From Vibrio alginolyticus NBRC 15630 = ATCC 17749 (GTDB lineage Bacteria > Pseudomonadota > Gammaproteobacteria > Enterobacterales > Vibrionaceae): a DNA stretch of 32,000 nucleotides. Shown in pieces: positions 29,596 to 32,000 of this stretch (its first letter is position 1; each line of letters opens with the position of its first letter). A program made the position numbers and the translations under genes. The stretch covers positions 1,560,001 through 1,592,000 of the forward strand of contig NC_022359.1 of the NCBI RefSeq assembly GCF_000354175.2, in the 5' to 3' direction. The notes beneath the pieces were generated by a model that saw only the letters and a program-made list of their open reading frames with translations, had not been told where the DNA came from and searched no databases.

Positions 29596-30141
29596 GACTT
29601 TCTCTCATTTGACCGACCTTCGGATTAGTCAAAGGTTTATTATTTGTATACCGAATAAACTGCAAGCGGCAAAATCGTTTGGTTGCATATTCAAACGCGA
29701 TTTCTATTTCTTATCAAAGGACCCCGCTGGGAATACGGCGATTTTTTCTCCAGTGTAACCTAAGCGCAGTATACTGAAATTTCTTCAGCACCCAAGTTGT
29801 TTATATATTTATCAATATTAAAGCTCTTTATCGCCAATTTGAGGTTTGTATTTGTGGATATACTTATATGGAGAAGTGGTGTGTTCAGATCAATAAGCCT
29901 TTTCATTTAAAAAAAGGGCCTTGACTTAGTTCCAATAATTTTCGCCGTTTTACCGCTTTTCCACCCGACTTTTGAGCGATTACCCACTCCTTATTCGCTT
30001 GTATTTCTATTAATAGCGCACGGAGGAACCAGCAACAAGCGCATCGATTTGCCCAGTATCAATACGTTGTGGTATCCGCTCATTCAGTTTGCCGTGAAGG
30101 TGATGAATCACCACCTCACCAGTCGACTCGTCACGATCAGA

Positions 30142-30192
30142 AATGAGGCAATGAGGTAATGAGGTAATGAGGTAATGAGGTAATGAGGTAAT
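30142..30192. repeat. octanucleotide tandem repeat (AATGAGGT), 6 full copies plus a partial copy
   Basis: Read directly. Copies are AATGAGGC at 30142-30149, then AATGAGGT five times over 30150-30189, then AAT. It is intergenic, 187 bp upstream of the PsiE-family start and inside a doubtful 64-aa minus-strand ORF. Confidence 0.95.
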
Positions 30193-30378
30193 AACGCATG
30201 ACACCAGAGATTACATTATGTGTCCAACATTGTGCCCACTCCTAAGTTTCATAACTTCCTTCCCTCGGACGCTTCTATCTCTCACCACAGCAACTATGCT
30301 TTAAACGACATGTATTCAATTGTCTAGCTTCAACATATGAAGGTTAAGTGAACATAAACAAGCGAAGGAAACAGGGCC

Positions 30379-30819
30379 ATGGAAGTCGATAAAAATGATA
30401 AGTTAACAAAAAAATTACAGATAGTGATTCATTGGTCTGTAAGAGTATTGTCGATAGTTATGTTGTTTGTAATCGTCATGGGTGTGATAGATGTTGCATG
30501 GACGATATATCAAAAACTTATCACGCCACCTAAACTCATTCTGACGATTTCAGATATGCTAGCCACTTTTGGTGCTTTTATGGCCGTTTTAATTGCTATT
30601 GAAATTTTCATCAATATAACTATTTACCTGAGAGAAAATGTTATTCATGTAAAAATCGTCATGGCCACCGCGCTGATGGCAATCTCCCGAAAGGTCATTA
30701 TTATAGACTTTGAAACCTTGTCTCCAATGTACCTGATTGGAATTGCGGCTGTAGTTCTTAGTATGAGTCTTGGTTACTGGCTGATCCATAAACTGCCCAA
30801 TAAGAGCCATACTGAATAA
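30379..30819 (+). CDS. PsiE-family inner-membrane protein (phosphate-starvation-inducible protein E-like)
   Basis: ORF of 146 aa with four hydrophobic helices. The block ATALMAISRKVIIIDF resembles the E. coli PsiE GITAIVRLIIVDH region as I recall it. Codon usage is AT-rich. Confidence 0.65.
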   Translation: MEVDKNDKLTKKLQIVIHWSVRVLSIVMLFVIVMGVIDVAWTIYQKLITPPKLILTISDMLATFGAFMAVLIAIEIFINITIYLRENVIHVKIVMATALMAISRKVIIIDFETLSPMYLIGIAAVVLSMSLGYWLIHKLPNKSHTE

Positions 30820-31240
30820 ACTTCTCAGCCTCCCGAATTTTCAGATACTCTCAAGGCATGAAAAAGTCTTGTCTTAGCACGTTGGAAGCTAATAAATTCC
30901 TCCATGCTAGGCTCTATATACTGCGAGACTACAAGAGTATAGAGTAGTGCCTAGGCGGAGAAATTATCGATATTGCTTTCTAGCAGCTAATCTTTGAGTA
31001 TTGGCACAGCTCAATGGGGGCAAGTGTTGCTCCAGTTCCCCCATCTGATATATACCCTCAACATCTATGCATTTTACTTTCAACTTTTCCGTGGTCCTCT
31101 TAAACAAGGTCGTCACGAGTAGCCTGAAGGATTACATCCGGCTAGAAGTAACAGCCAGAAAAGTGATTGTCAGGTGGTCGGTCATCTCGCCGTAAAATTA
31201 GCTCTTAACGTATACCTTCAGCTCAGTTTGCGAAAAAGCC

Positions 31241-31849
31241 TTAAAGGTCAAAGTAACTTTCAATCCCATTCAGAGTGTTGGTCGTGGCCACAGCGGCTAA
31301 TATCAACCCCATGATCCGACTTACAGCACTAGCTCCTGTATTCCCAATAATCCTGTGTATGTCGCTGGCCATTAATAGCAAGATATAAACAACCAATAGT
31401 ACCAGCAGCATCATAGCCACGGTCTGGACTTGCTCCCAAATATTAAACCGCACGTTCTCTGTGAGTAAAACGGCGGCTAATATTGCGCCAGGGCTAGCAA
31501 TTGATGGAATGGCTAGAGGAAAAACTGCTGTATCATGATGACTATTGAGCGTTCTGATTTCTTCTGCTGGTTTACTCTCACCAAATATCATAGTCAAAGC
31601 AAACAAGAACAATACGATACCGCCCGAGATTTGAAACGCAGACAAGGGAATACGCATTGCTGTAAGTATGATTTCACCAGCAACAACAAAAAACAGTAGG
31701 ATAGCAGCGGAGAATAGAGTCGCAAACAGAGCGACCTTACGCTTTGCCACTTCTTCATAGCTTTTTGTGGCTGCGATAAAAACGGGCACAGTACCTATGG
31801 GATCGATGACAGCAAAGAAAAAGATAAAAGTTGCCACAAAGTCAATCAT
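31241..31849 (-). CDS. MarC/UPF0056-family integral membrane protein
   Basis: ORF of 202 aa. Family hallmarks are FFAVIDPIGTVPVF near the N-terminus and FPLAIPSIASPGAI mid-protein. It has six hydrophobic segments. Confidence 0.8.
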   Translation of the reverse strand: MIDFVATFIFFFAVIDPIGTVPVFIAATKSYEEVAKRKVALFATLFSAAILLFFVVAGEIILTAMRIPLSAFQISGGIVLFLFALTMIFGESKPAEEIRTLNSHHDTAVFPLAIPSIASPGAILAAVLLTENVRFNIWEQVQTVAMMLLVLLVVYILLLMASDIHRIIGNTGASAVSRIMGLILAAVATTNTLNGIESYFDL

Positions 31850-32000
31850 GCTACTTCTCCAGTACCAATTTAGCTTTAAGGATAGAAGATCAGCTTGAAG
31901 TAGCAGAGAAAATGTTTGACGCTAACATAGCGAGAGCTCATTCAGAAAAACAAAAATGGTGCGTTATTTACAATACAGAACTTACTTCTATCCTATCGAT

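Noticed and set aside
30010-30204. 64-aa minus-strand ORF as a genuine protein-coding gene
   Set aside because: It has a GTG start without a Shine-Dalgarno. One third of it is the translated 8-bp tandem repeat, and I see no family resemblance. It is kept only as context for the repeat finding.
1-32000. Search for CRISPR arrays, transposases/IS ends, integrases, phage genes, toxin-antitoxin pairs or known defence-system domains
   Set aside because: No spaced direct-repeat array, no terminal inverted repeats flanking genes, and no ORF with nuclease, ATPase, reverse-transcriptase or defence-like motifs was seen. Every large ORF has an ordinary metabolic, transport or regulatory assignment.

Overview
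The window looks like an ordinary metabolic stretch of a gammaproteobacterial chromosome. Gene order and codon style are Vibrionaceae-like, but that is inference. I found no rRNA, tRNA, CRISPR array, transposase, integrase or recognisable defence system by eye. Contents from left to right: (1) the 5' end of a cytochrome bo3 ubiquinol oxidase operon (cyoA and the N-terminus of cyoB, minus strand). (2) A roughly 750-bp AT-rich non-coding spacer. (3) A seven-gene minus-strand isoleucine/valine degradation operon: thiolase, mmsA, acyl-CoA dehydrogenase, enoyl-CoA hydratase, 3-hydroxyisobutyryl-CoA hydrolase, mmsB and an SDR. (4) A divergent liuR-liuA-liuB-liuC-liuE leucine degradation operon that lacks the methylcrotonyl-CoA carboxylase alpha (biotin) subunit gene. 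(5) An EamA transporter and a YdiJ-like FAD/Fe-S dehydrogenase. (6) An uncharacterised catabolic locus at about 19.4-28.1 kb. It holds a LigI-like amidohydrolase, an alpha/beta-hydrolase whose nucleophile elbow reads GWGMAGG (no Ser), a GlxA/AraC regulator, an MmgE/PrpD-family protein, a nitrilase-superfamily hydrolase and an OpuC/YehZYXW-type ABC importer. (7) A soluble double-PAS, BdlA-like chemoreceptor. (8) An AT-rich, sparsely coding segment with a 6.4-copy 8-bp tandem repeat, a PsiE-family gene and a MarC-family gene. The most unusual items are the transporter-nitrilase-PrpD operon of unknown substrate, the Ser-less hydrolase, the missing liuD and the octanucleotide repeat. None of these amounts to proof of a new system.
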